Source: Auanema rhodensis
Taxonomy: Eukaryota > Animalia > Nematoda
Reading direction: 5' to 3'
DNA length: 64,000 nucleotides
NCBI GenBank assembly: GCA_964057225.1
Contig: OZ059898.1
Span: forward strand, 3,472,001-3,536,000
Positions 47,791 through 62,700 of this stretch are shown here, piece by piece. Position numbers and translations under genes: made by a program. Below the pieces are notes generated by a model. It saw only the letters and a program-made list of their open reading frames with translations, did no database searches and had not been told where the DNA came from. Numbering within the stretch: the first letter of the stretch is position 1; each line of letters starts with the position of its first letter.

Positions 47791-50700
47791 TTTGCCTTGA
47801 AAAATGAAATCTAAAAACATCTACGTTTTGCTAAATTATTTTGAAATTTTTCGAAAAAATTTTTGTCAAAATGTTTTTGGAAGCAATGTTGAGTGTACAT
47901 GGAAACTCAACATACACTAATGCATCATTTTTCAAACGATCATAACTAATTTTTGTATTGAGCGTTTCTCAATGTAGTAAAGTGCATTCGATGCGGATTT
48001 TTAAGCTGCGTCGATCTGTGTTATCAGATTTGCGCTAGCTTAAAAATGCACCGAGATATCAACTGATACAAGTTCACACTTATATCCTCGATTTTCACCC
48101 TGAAGAAATAATTTTTTCGTTGAATAACATTGTCCATCGTCTTTGCCTTGAAAAAAGGATTCTAAAAACATCTACTTTTTGCTATATTATATTGAAATTT
48201 TTCGAAAAAATTTTTGTCAAAATGTTTTTGGAAGCAATGTTGAGTGTACATGGAAACTCAACATACACTAATGCATCATTTTTCAAACGATCATAACTAA
48301 TTTTTGTATTGAGCGTTTCTCAATGTAGTATAGTGCATTCGATCCGGATTTTTAAGCTGCGTCGATCTGTGTTATCCGATTTGCGCTAGCTTAAAAATGC
48401 ACCGAGATATCAACTGATATAAGTTCACACTTATATCCTCGATTTTCACCCTGAAGAATTAATTTTTTCGTTGAATAACATTGTCCATCGTCTTTGCCTT
48501 GAAAAATGGAATCTAAAAACATCTACTTTTTGCTAAATTATTTTGAAATTTTTCGAAAAAATTTTTGTCAAAATGTTTTTGGAAGCAATGTTGAGTGTAC
48601 ATGGAAACTCAACATACACTAATGCATCATTTTTCAAACGATCATAACTAATTTTTGTATCGAGCGTTTCTCAATGTAGTATAGTGCATTCGATGCGGAT
48701 TTTTGAGCTGCGTCGATCTGTGTTATCAGATTTGCGCTAACTTAAAAATGCACCGAGATATCAACTGATATAAGTTCACACTTATATCCTCGATTTTCAC
48801 CCTGAAGAATTAATTTTTTCGTTGAATAACATTGTCCATCGTCTTTGCCTTGAGAAATGGAATCTAAAAACATCTACTTTTTGCTAAATTATTTTGAAAT
48901 TTTTCGAAAAAATTTTTGTCAAAATGTTTTTGGAAGCAATGTTGAGTGTACATGGAAACTCAACATACACTAATGCATCATTTTTCAAACGATCATAACT
49001 AATTTCTGTATTGAGCGTTTCTCAATGTAGTATAGTGCATTCGATCCGGATTTTTAAGCTGCGTCGATCTGTGTTATCAGATTTGCGCTAGCTTAAAAAT
49101 GCACCGAGATATCAACTGATATAAGTTCACACTTATATCCTCGATTTTCACCCTGAAGAATTAATTTTTTCGTTGAATAACATTGTCCATCGTCTTTGCC
49201 TTGAAAAATGGAATCTAAAAACATCTACTTTTTGGTAAATTCTTTTGAAATTTTTCGAAAAAATTTTTGTCAAAATGTTTTTGGAAGCAATGTTGAGTGT
49301 ACATGGAAACTCAACATACACTAATGCATCATTTTTCAAACGATCATAACTAATTTCTGTATTGAGCGTTTCTCAATGTAGTATAGTGCATTCGATGCGG
49401 ATTTTTAAGCTGCGTCGATCTGTGTTATCAGATTTGCGCTAGCTTAAAAATGCACCGAGATATCAACTGATATAAGTTCACACTTATATCCTCGATTTTC
49501 ACCCTGAAGAATTAATTTTTTCGTTGAATAACATTGTCCATCGTCTTTGCCTTGAAAAATGGAATCTAAAAACATCTACTTTTTGGTAAATTCTTTCGAA
49601 ATTTTTCGAAAAAATTTTTGTCAAAATGTTTTTGGAAGCAATGTTGAGTGTACATGGAAACTCAACATACACTAATGCATCATTTTTCAAACGATCATAA
49701 CTAATATTCGTATTAAGCGTTTCTCAATGTAGTAGAGTGCATTCGATGCGGATTTTTAAGCTGCGTCGATCTGTGTTATCAGATTTGCGCTATCTTAAAA
49801 ATGCACCGAGATATCAACTGATATAAGTTCACACTTATATCCTCGATTTTCACCCTAAAGAATTAATTTTTTCGTTGAGTAACATTGTCTATCGTCTTTG
49901 CCTTGAAAAATGGAATCTAAAAACATCTACTTTTTGGTAAATTCTTTTGAAATTTTTCGAAAAAATTTTTGTCAAAATGTTTTTGGAAGCAATGTTGAGT
50001 GTACATGGAAACTCAACATACACTAATGCATCATTTTTCAAACGATCATAACTAATTTTTGTATCAAGCGTTTCTTAATGTAGTATAGTGCATTCGATGC
50101 GGATTTTTAAGCTGCGTCGATCTGTGTTATCAGATTTGCGCTAGCTTAAAAATGCACCGAGATATCAACTGATATAAGTTCACACTTATATCCTCGATTT
50201 TCACCCTGAAGAAATAATTTTTTCGTTGAATAACATTGTCCATCGTCTTTGCCTTGAAAAATGGAATCTAAAAACATCTACTTTTTGCTAAATTCTTTTG
50301 AAATTTTTCGAAAAAATTTTTGTCAAAATGTTTTTGGAAGCAATGTTGAGTGTACATGGAAACTCAACATACACTAATGCATCATTTTTCAAACGATCAT
50401 AACTAATTTTTGTATCAAGCGTTTCTCAATGTAGTATAGTGCATTCGATGCGGATTTTTAAGCTGCGTCGATCTGTGTTATCAGATTTGCGCTAGCTTAA
50501 AAATGCACCGAGATATCAACTGATATAAGTTCACACTTATATCCTCGATTTTCACCCTAAAGAATTAATTTTTTCGTTGAATAACATTGTCTATCGTCTT
50601 TGCTTTGAAAAATGGAATCTAAAAACATCTACTTTTTGCTAAATTCTTTTGAAATTTTTCGAAAAAATTTTTGTCAAAATGTTTTTGGAAGCAATGTTGA

Positions 50701-53700
50701 GTGTACATGGAAACTCAACATACACTAATGCATCATTTTTCAAACGATCATAACTAATTTTTGTATTAAGCGTTTCTCAATGTAGTATAGTGCATTCGAT
50801 GCGGATTTTTAAGCTGCGTCGATCTGTGTGATCAGATTTGCGCTAGCTTAAAAATGCACCGAGATATCAACTGATATAAGTTCACACTTATATCCTCGAT
50901 TTTCACCCTAAAGAATTAATTTTTTCGTTGAATAACATTGTCTATCGTCTTTGCCTTGGAAAATGGAATCTAAAAACATCTACTTTTTGCTAAATTCTTT
51001 TGAAATTTTTCGAAAAAATTTTTGTCAAAATGTTTTTGGAAGCAATGTTGAGTGTACATGGAAACTCAACATACACTAATGCATCATTTTTCAAACGATC
51101 ATAACTAATTTTTGTATTAAGCGTTTCTCAATGTAGTAGAGTGCATTCGATGCGGATTTTTAAGCTGCGTCGATCTGTGTTATCAGATTTGCGCTAGCTT
51201 GAAAATGCACCGAGATATCAACTGATATAAGTTCACACTTATATCCTCGATTTTCACCCTGAAGAAATAATTTTTTCGTTGAATAACATTGTCCATCGTC
51301 TTCGCCTTGAAAAATGGAATCTAAAAACATCTACTTTTTGCTAATTTCTTTTGAAATTTTTCGAAAAAATTTTTGTCAAAATGTTTTTGGAAGCAATGTT
51401 GAGTGTACATGGAAACTCAACATACACTAATGCATCATTTTTCAAACGATCATAACTAATTTTTGTATCAAGCGTTTCTCAATGTAGTATAGTGCATTCG
51501 ATGCGGATTTTTAAGCTGCGTCGATCTGTGTTATCAGATTTGCGCTAGCTTAAAAATGCACCGAGATATCAACTGATATAAATTCACACTTATATCCTCG
51601 ATTTTCACCCTAAAGAATTAATTTTTTCGTTGAATAACATTGTCTATCGTCTTTGCCTTGAAAAATGGAATCTAAAAACATCTACTTTTTGCTAAATTCT
51701 TTTGAAATTTTTCGAAAAAATTTTTGTCAAAATGTTTTTGGAAGCAATATTGAGTGTACATGGAAACTCAACATACACTAATGCATCATTTTTCAAACGA
51801 TCATAACTAATTTTTGTATCAAGCGTTTCTCAATGTAGTATAGTGCATTCGATCCGGATTTTTAAGCTGCGTCGATCTGTGTTATCAGATTTGCGCTAGC
51901 TTAAAAATGCACCGAGATATCAACTGATATAAGTTCACACTTATATCCTCGATTTTCACCCTGAAGAAATAATTTTTTCGTTGAATAACATTGTCCATCG
52001 TCTTTGCCTTGAAAAAAGGAATCTAAAAACATCTACTTTTTGCTAAATTATTTCGAAATTTTTTGAAAAAATTTTGTCAAAATGTTTTTGGAAGCAATAT
52101 TGAGTGTACATGGAAACTCAACATACACTAATGCATCATTTTTCAAACGATCATAACTAATTTTTGTATCAAGCGTTTCTCAATGTAGTATAGTGCATTC
52201 GATGCGGATTTTTAAGCTGCGTCGATCTGTGTTATCAGATTTGCGCTAGCTTAAAAATGCACCGAGATATCAACTGATATAAGTTCACACTTATATCCTC
52301 GATTTTCACCCTGAAGAAATAATTTTTTCGTTGAATAACATTGTCCATCGTCTTTTGCCTTGAAAAATGGAATCTAAAAACATCTACTTTTTGCTAAATT
52401 CTTTTGAAATTTTTCGAAAAAATTTTGTCAAAATGTTTTTGGAAGCAATATTGAGTGTACATGGAAACTCAACATACACTAATGCATCATTTTTCAAACG
52501 ATCATAACTAATTTTTGTATCAAGCGTTTCTCAATGTAGTATAGTGCATTCGATGCGGATTTTTAAGCTGCGTCGATCTGTGTTATCAGATTTGCGCTAG
52601 CTTAAAAATGCACCGAGATATCAACTGATATAAGTTCACACTTATATCCTCGATTTTCACCCTGAAGAAATAATTTTTTCGTTGAATAACATTGTCCATC
52701 GTCTTTTGCCTTGAAAAATGGAATCTAAAAACATCTACTTTTTGCTAAATTCTTTTGAAATTTTTCGAAAAAATTTTTGTCAAAATGTTTTTGGAAGCAA
52801 TGTTGAGTGTACATGGAAACTCAACATACACTAATGCATCATTTTTCAAACGATCATAACTAATTTTTGTATCAAGCGTTTCTCAATGTAGTATAGTGCA
52901 TTCGATGCGGATTTTTAAGCTGCGTCGATCTGTGTTATCAGATTTGCGCTAGCTTAAAAATGCACCGAGAAATCAACTGATATAGGTTCACACTTATATC
53001 CTCGATTTTCACCCTGAAGAAATAATTTTTTCGTTGAATAACATTGTCCATCGTCTTTGCCTTGAAAAAAGAAATCTAAAAACATCTACTTTTTGCTAAA
53101 TTATTTTGAAATTTTTCGAAAAAATTTTTGTCAAAATGTTTTTGGAAGCAATATTGAGTGTACATGGAAACTCAACATACACTAATGCATCATTTTTCAA
53201 ACGATCATAACTAATTTTTGTATCAAGCGTTTCTCAATGTAGTATAGTGCATTCAATGCGGATTTTTAAGCTGCGTCGATCTGTGTTATCAGATTTGCGC
53301 TAGCTTAAAAATGCACCGAGATATCAACTGATATAAGTTCACACTTATATCCTCGATTTTCACCCTGAAGAAATAATTTTTTCGTTGAATAACATTGTCC
53401 ATCGTCTTTGCCTTGAAAAAAGGAATCTAAAAACATCTACTTTTTGCTAAATTATTTCGAAATTTTTCGAAAAAATTTTGTCAAAATGTTTTTGGAAGCA
53501 ATATTGAGTGTACATGGAAACTCAACATACACTAATGCATCATTTTTCAAACGATCATAACTAATTTTTGTATCAAGCGTTTCTCAATGTAGTATAGTGC
53601 ATTCGATGCGGATTTTTAAGCTGCGTCGATCTGTGTTATCAGATTTGCGCTAGCTTAAAAATGCACCGAGATATCAACTGATATAAGTTCACACTTATAT

Positions 53701-56700
53701 CCTCGATTTTCACCCTGAAGAAATAATTTTTTCGTTGAATAACATTGTCCATCGTCTTCGCCTTGAAAAATGGAATCTAAAAACATCTACTTTTTGCTAA
53801 TTTCTTTTGAAATTTTTCGAAAAAATTTTTGTCAAAATGTTTTTGGAAGCAATGTTGAGTGTACATGGAAACTCAACATACACTAATGCATCATTTTTCA
53901 AACGATCATAACTAATTTTTGTATCAAGCGTTTCTCAATGTAGTATAGTGCATTCGATGCGGATTTTTAAGCTGCGTCGATCTGTGTTATCAGATTTGCG
54001 CTAGCTTAAAAATGCACCGAGATATCAACTGATATAAGTTCACACTTATATCCTCGATTTTCACCCTAAAGAATTAATTTTTTCGTTGAATAACATTGTC
54101 TATCGTCTTTGCCTTGAAAAATGGAATCTAAAAACATCTACTTTTTGCTAAATTCTTTTGAAATTTTTCGAAAAAAATTTTGTCAAAATGTTTTTGGAAG
54201 CAATATTGAGTGTACATGGAAACTCAACATACACTAATGCATCATTTTTCAAACGATCATAACTAATTTTTGTATCAAGCGTTTCTCAATGTAGTATAGT
54301 GCATTCGATCCGGATTTTTAAGCTGCGTCGATCTGTGTTATCAGATTTGCGCTAGCTTAAAAATGCACCGAGATATCAACTGATATAAGTTCACACTTAT
54401 ATCCTCGATTTTCACCCTGAAGAAATAATTTTTTCGTTGAATAACATTGTCCATCGTCTTTGCCTTGAAAAAAGGAATCTAAAAACATCTACTTTTTGCT
54501 AAATTATTTCGAAATTTTTCGAAAAAATTTTGTCAAAATGTTTTTGGAAGCAATATTGAGTGTACATGGAAACTCAACATACACTAATGCATCATTTTTC
54601 AAACGATCATAACTAATTTTTGTATCAAGCGTTTCTCAATGTAGTATAGTGCATTCGATCCGGATTTTTAAGCTGCGTCGATCTGTGTTATCAGATTTGC
54701 GCTAGCTTAAAAATGCACCGAGATATCAACTGATATAAGTTCACACTTATATCCTCGATTTTCACCCTGAAGAAATAATTTTTTCGTTGAATAACATTGT
54801 CCATCGTCTTTGCCTTGAAAAAAGGAATCTAAAAACATCTACTTTTTGCTAAATTATTTCGAAATTTTTCGAAAAAATTTTGTCAAAATGTTTTTGGAAG
54901 CAATATTGAGTGTACATGGAAACTCAACATACACTAATGCATCATTTTTCAAACGATCATAACTAATTTTTGTATCAAGCGTTTCTCAATGTAGTATAGT
55001 GCATTCGATGCGGATTTTTAAGCTGCGTCGATCTGTGTTATCAGATTTGCGCTAGCTTAAAAATGCACCGAGATATCAACTGATATAAGTTCACACTTAT
55101 ATCCTCGATTTTCACCCTGAAGAAATAATTTTTTCGTTGAATAACATTGTCTATCGTCTTTGCCTTGAAAAATGGAATCTAAAAACATCTACTTTTTGCT
55201 AAATTATATTGAAATTTTTCGAAAAAATTTTTGTCAAAATGTTTTTGGAAGCAATATTGAGTGTACATGGAAACTCAACATACACTAATGCATCATTTTT
55301 CAAACGATCATAACTAATTTTTGTATCAAGCGTTTCTCAATGTAGTATAGTGCATTCAATGCGGATTTTTAAGCTGCGTCGATCTGTGTTATCAGATTTG
55401 CGCTAGCTTAAAAATGCACCGAGATATCAACTGATATAAGTTCACACTTATATCCTCGATTTTCACCCTGAAGAAATAATTTTTTCGTTGAATAACATTG
55501 TCCATCGTCTTCGCCTTGAAAAATGGAATCTAAAAACATCTACTTTTTGCTAATTTCTTTTGAAATTTTTCGAAAAAATTTTTGTCAAAATGTTTTTGGA
55601 AGCAATGTTGAGTGTACATGGAAACTCAACTCACACTAATGCATCATTTTTCAAACGATCATAACTAATTTTTGTATCAAGCGTTTCTCAATGTAGTATA
55701 GTGCATTCGATGCGGATTTTTAAGCTGCGTCGATCTGTGTTATCAGATTTGCGCTAGCTTAAAAATGCACCGAGATATCAACTGATATAAGTTCACACTT
55801 ATATCCTCGATTTTCACCCTAAAGAATTAATTTTTTCGTTGAATAACATTGTCTATCGTCTTTGCCTTGAAAAATGGAATCTAAAAACATCTACTTTTTG
55901 CTAAATTCTTTTGAAATTTTTCGAAAAAATTTTTGTCAAAATGTTTTTGGAAGCAATATTGAGTGTACATGGAAACTCAACATACACTAATGCATCATTT
56001 TTCAAACGATCATAACTAATTTTTGTATCAAGCGTTTCTCAATGTAGTATAGTGCATTCGATGCGGATTTTTAAGCTGCGTCGATCTGTGTTATCAGATT
56101 TGCGCTAGCTTAAAAATGCACCGAGATATCAACTGATATAAGTTCACACTTATATCCTCGATTCTCACCCTAAAGAATTAATGTTTTCGTTGAATAACAT
56201 TGTCCATCGTCTTCGCCTTGAAAAATGGAATCTAAAAACATCTACTTTTTGCTAAATTATTTCGAAATTTTTCGAAAAAATTTTGTCAAAATGTTTTTGG
56301 AAGCAATATTGAGTGTACATGGAAACTCAACATACACTAATGCATCATTTTTCAAACGATCATAACTAATTTTTGTATCAAGCGTTTCTCAATGTAGTAT
56401 AGTGCATTCGATGCGGATTTTTAAGCTGCGTCGATCTGTGTTATCAGATTTGCGCTAGCTTAAAAATGCACCGAGATATCAACTGATATAAGTTCACACT
56501 TATATCCTCGATTTTCACCCTGAAGAAATAATTTTTTCGTTGAATAACATTGTCCATCGTCTTTTGCCTTGAAAAATGGAATCTAAAAACATCTACTTTT
56601 TGCTAAATTCTTTTGAAATTTTTCGAAAAAATTTTTGTCAAAATGTTTTTGGAAGCAATGTTGAGTGTACATGGAAACTCAACATACACTAATGCATCAT

Positions 56701-59700
56701 TTTTCAAACGATCATAACTAATTTTTGTATCAAGCGTTTCTCAATGTAGTATAGTGCATTCGATGCGGATTTTTAAGCTGCGTCGATCTGTGTTATCAGA
56801 TTTGCGCTAGCTTAAAAATGCACCGAGAAATCAACTGATATAGGTTCACACTTATATCCTCGATTTTCACCCTGAAGAAATAATTTTTTCGTTGAATAAC
56901 ATTGTCCATCGTCTTTGCCTTGAAAAAAGAAATCTAAAAACATCTACTTTTTGCTAAATTATTTTGAAATTTTTCGAAAAAATTTTTGTCAAAATGTTTT
57001 TGGAAGCAATATTGAGTGTACATGGAAACTCAACATACACTAATGCATCATTTTTCAAACGATCATAACTAATTTTTGTATCAAGCGTTTCTCAATGTAG
57101 TATAGTGCATTCAATGCGGATTTTTAAGCTGCGTCGATCTGTGTTATCAGATTTGCGCTAGCTTAAAAATGCACCGAGATATCAACTGATATAAGTTCAC
57201 ACTTATATCCTCGATTTTCACCCTGAAGAAATAATTTTTTCGTTGAATAACATTGTCCATCGTCTTTGCCTTGAAAAATGGAATCTAAAAACATCTACTT
57301 TTTGCTAATTTCTTTTGAAATTTTTCGAAAAAATTTTTGTCAAAATGTTTTTGGAAGCAATGTTGAGTGTACATGGAAACTCAACATACACTAATGCATC
57401 ATTTTTCAAACGATCATAACTAATTTTTGTATCAAGCGTTTCTCAAAGTAGTATAGTGCATTCGATGCGGATTTTTAAGCTGCGTCGATCTGTGTTATCA
57501 GATTTGCGCTAGCTTAAAAATGCACCGAGATATCAACTGATATAAGTTCACACTTATATCCTCGATTTTCACCCTAAAGAATTAATTTTTTCGTTGAATA
57601 ACATTGTCTATCGTCTTTGCCTTGAAAAATGGAATCTAAAAACATCTACTTTTTGCTAAATTCTTTTGAAATTTTTCGAAAAAATTTTTGTCAAAATGTT
57701 TTTGGAAGCAATATTGAGTGTACATGGAAACTCAACATACACTAATGCATCATTTTTCAAACGATCATAACTAATTTTTGTATCAAGCGTTTCTCAATGT
57801 AGTATAGTGCATTCGATGCGGATTTTTAAGCTGCGTCGATCTGTGTTATCAGATTTGCGCTAGCTTAAAAATGCACCGAGATATCAACTGATATAAGTTC
57901 ACACTTATATCCTCGATTTTCACCCTAAAGAATTAATTTTTTCGTTGAATAACATTGTCCATCGTCTTCGCCTTGAAAAATGGAATCTAAAAACATCTAC
58001 TTTTTGCTAATTTCTTTTGAAATTTTTCGAAAAAATTTTTGTCAAAATGTTTTTGGAAGCAATGTTGAGTGTACATGGAAACTCAACATACACTAATGCA
58101 TCATTTTTCAAACGATCATAACTAATTTTTGTATCAAGCGTTTCTCAATGTAGTATAGTGCATTCGATGCGGATTTTTAAGCTGCGTCGATCTGTGTTAT
58201 CAGATTTGCGCTAGCTTAAAAATGCACCGAGATATCAACTGATATAAGTTCACACTTATATCCTCGATTTTCACCCTAAAGAATTAATTTTTTCGTTGAA
58301 TAACATTGTCTATCGTCTTTGCCTTGAAAAATGGAATCTAAAAACATCTACTTTTTGCTAAATTCTTTTGAAATTTTTTGAAAAAATTTTTGTCAAAATG
58401 TTTTTGGAAGCAATATTGAGTGTACATGGAAACTCAACATACACTAATGCATCATTTTTCAAACGATCATAACTAATTTTTGTATTAAGCGTTTCTCAAT
58501 GTAGTAGAGTGCATTCGATGCGGATTTTTAAGCTGCGTCGATCTGTGTTATCAGATTTGCGCTAGCTTAAAAATGCACCGAGATATCAACTGATATAAGT
58601 TCACACTTATATCCTCGATTTTCACCCTGAAGAAATAATTTTTTCGTTGAATAACATTGTCCAGCGTCTTTTGCTTTGAAAAATGGAATCTAAAAACATC
58701 TACTTTTTGCTAAATTCTTTTGAAATTTTTCGAAAAAAGTTTTGTCAAAATGTTTTTGGAAGCAATATTGAGTGTACATGGAAACTCAACATACACTAAT
58801 GCATCATTTTTCAAACGATCATAACTAATTTTTGTATCAAGCGTTTCTCAATGTAGTATAGTGCATTCGATGCGGATTTTTAAGCTGCGTCGATCTGTGT
58901 TATCAGATTTGCGCTAGCTTAAAAATGCACCGAGATATCAACTGATATAAGTTCACACTTATATCCTCGATTTTCACCCTAAAGAATTAATTTTTTCGTT
59001 GAATAACATTGTCCATCGTCTTCGCCTTGAAAAATGGAATCTAAAAACATCTACTTTTTGCTAATTTCTTTTGAAATTTTTCGAAAAAATTTTTGTCAAA
59101 ATGTTTTTGGAAGCAATGTTGAGTGTACATGGAAACTCAACATACACTAATGCATCATTTTTCAAACGATCATAACTAATTTTTGTATCAAGCGTTTCTC
59201 AATGTAGTATAGTGCATTCGATGCGGATTTTTAAGCTGCGTCGATCTGTGTTATCAGATTTGCGCTAGCTTAAAAATGCACCGAGATATCAACTGATATA
59301 AGTTCACACTTATATCCTCGATTTTCACCCTAAAGAATTAATTTTTTCGTTGAATAACATTGTCTATCGTCTTTGCCTTGAAAAATGGAATCTAAAAACA
59401 TCTACTTTTTGCTAAATTCTTTTGAAATTTTTTGAAAAAATTTTTGTCAAAATGTTTTTGGAAGCAATATTGAGTGTACATGGAAACTCAACATACACTA
59501 ATGCATCATTTTTCAAACGATCATAACTAATTTTTGTATTAAGCGTTTCTCAATGTAGTAGAGTGCATTCGATGCGGATTTTTAAGCTGCGTCGATCTGT
59601 GTTATCAGATTTGCGCTAGCTTAAAAATGCACCGAGATATCAACTGATATAAGTTCACACTTATATCCTCGATTTTCACCCTGAAGAAATAATTTTTTCG

Positions 59701-62700
59701 TTGAATAACATTGTCCATCGTCTTTTGCTTTGAAAAATGGAATCTAAAAACATCTACTTTTTGCTAAATTCTTTTGAAATTTTTCGAAAAAAGTTTTGTC
59801 AAAATGTTTTTGGAAGCAATGTTGAGTGTACATGGAAACTCAACATACACTAATGCATCATTTTTCAAACGATCATAACTAATTTTTGTATCAAGCGTTT
59901 CTCAATGTAGTATAGTGCATTCGATGCGGATTTTTAAGCTGCGTCGATCTGTGTTATCAGATTTGCGCTAGCTTAAAAATGCACCGAGAAATCAACTGAT
60001 ATAGGTTCACACTTATATCCTCGATTTTATCCCTGAAGAAATAATTTTTTCGTTGAATAACATTGTCCATCGTCTTTGCCTTAAAAAAAGGAATCTAAAA
60101 ACATCTACTTTTTGCTAAATTATTTTGAAATTTTTCGAAAAAATTTTTGTCAAAATGTTTTTGGAAGCAATATTGAGTGTACATGGAAACTCAACATACA
60201 CTAATGCATCATTTTTCAAACGATCATAGCTAATTTTTGTATCAAGCGTTTCTCAATGTAGTATAGTGCATTCGATGCGGATTTTTAAGCTGCGTCGATC
60301 TGTGTTATCAGATTTGCGCTAGCTTAAAAATGCACCGAGATATCAACTGATATAAGTTCACACTTATATCCTCGATTTTCACCCTGAAGAAATAATTTTT
60401 TCGTTGAATAACATTGTCCATCGTCTTTGCCTTGAAAAAAGGAATCTAAAAAATCTACTTTTTGCTAAATTATTTTGAAATTTTTCGAAAAAATTTTTGT
60501 CAAAATGTTTTTGGAAGCAATATTGAGTGTGCATGGAAACTCAACATACACTAATGCATCATTTTTCAAACGATCATAACTAATTTTTGTATTAAGCGTT
60601 TCTCAATGTAGTAGAGTGCATTCGATGCGGATTTTTAAGCTGCGTCGATCTGTGTTATCAGATTTGCGCTAGCTTAAAAATGCACCGAGAAATCAACTGA
60701 TATAAGTTCACACTTATATCCTCGATTTTCACCCTGAAGAAATAATTTTTTCGTTGAATAACATTGTCCATCGTCTTTGCCTTGAAAAAAGGAATCTAAA
60801 AACATCTACTTTTTGCTAAATTATTTTGAAATTTTTCGAAAAAATTTTTGTCAAAATGTTTTTGGAAGCAATATTGAGTGTACATGGAAACTCAACATAC
60901 ACTAATGCATCATTTTTCAAACGATCATAACTAATTTGTGTATTAAGCGTTTCTCAATGTAGTATAGTGCATTTGATGCGGATTTTTAAGCTGCGTCGAT
61001 CTGTGTGATCAGATTTACGCTAGCTTAAAAATGCACCGAGATATCAACTGATATAAGTTCACACTTATATCCTCTATTTTCACCCTAAAGAATTAATTTT
61101 TTCGTTGAATAACATTGTCTATCGTCTTTGCCTTGAAAAATGGAATCTAAAAACATCTACTTTTTGCTAAATTCTTTTGAAATTTTTTGAAAAAATTTTT
61201 GTCAAAATGTTTTTGGAAGCAATGTTGAGTGTACATGGAAACTCAACATACACTAATGCATCATTTTTCAAACGATCATAACTAATTTTTGTATCAAGCG
61301 TTTCTCAATGTAGTAATGTGCATTCGATGCGGATTTTTAAGCTGCGTCGATCTGTGTTATCAGATTTGCGCTAGCTTAAAAATGCACCGAGATATCAACT
61401 GATATAAGTTCACACTTATATCCTCGATTTTCACCCTGAAGAAATAATTTTTTCGTTGAATAACATTGTCCATCGTCTTTGCCTTGAAAAAAGGAATCTA
61501 AAAAATCTACTTTTTGCTAAATTATTTTGAAATTTTTCGAAAAAATTTTTGTCAAAATGTTTTTGGAAGCAATGTTGAGTGTACATGGAAACTCAACATA
61601 CACTAATGCATCATTTTTCAAACGATCATAACTAATTTTTGTATCAAGCGTTTCTCAATGTAGTATAGTGCATTCGATGCGGAATTTTAAGCTGCGTCGA
61701 TCTGTGTTATCAGATTTGCGCTAGCTTAAAAATGCACCGAGATATCAACTGATATAAGTTCACACTTATATCCTCGATTTTCACCCTGAAGAAATAATTT
61801 TTTCGTTGAATAACATTGTCCATCGTCTTTGCCTTGAAAAATGGAATCTAAAAACATCTACTTTTTGCTAAATTCTTTTGAAATTTTTCGAAAAAATTTT
61901 TGTCAAAATGTTTTTGGAAGCAATGTTGAGTGTACATGGAAACTCAACATACACTAATGCATCATTTTTCAAACGATCATAACTAATTTTTGTATTAAGC
62001 GTTTCTCAATGTAGTAGAGTGCATTCGATGCGGATTTTTAAGCTGCGTCGATCTGTGTTATCAGATTTGCGCTAGCTTAAAAATGCACCGAGAAATCAAC
62101 TGATATAAGTTCACACTTATATCCTCGATTTTCACCCTGAAGAAATAATTTTTTCGTTGAATAACATTGTCCATCGTCTTTGCCTTGAAAAAAGGAATCT
62201 AAAAACATCTACTTTTTGCTAAATTATTTTGAAATTTTTCGAAAAAATTTTTGTCAAAATGTTTTTGGAAGCAATATTGAGTGTACATGGAAACTCAACA
62301 TACACTAATGCATCATTTTTCAAACGATCATAACTAATTTGTGTATTAAGCGTTTCTCAATGTAGTATAGTGCATTTGATGCGGATTTTTAAGCTGCGTC
62401 GATCTGTGTGATCAGATTTACGCTAGCTTAAAAATGCACCGAGATATCAACTGATATAAGTTCACACTTATATCCTCTATTTTCACCCTAAAGAATTAAT
62501 TTTTTCGTTGAATAACATTGTCTATCGTCTTTGCCTTGAAAAATGGAATCTAAAAACATCTACTTTTTGCTAAATTCTTTTGAAATTTTTTGAAAAAATT
62601 TTTGTCAAAATGTTTTTGGAAGCAATGTTGAGTGTACATGGAAACTCAACATACACTAATGCATCATTTTTCAAACGATCATAACTAATTTTTGTATCAA

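Noticed and set aside
49148-49690. Two 63-aa ORFs in the right satellite arm
   Set aside because: Same chance read-through of the satellite monomer.
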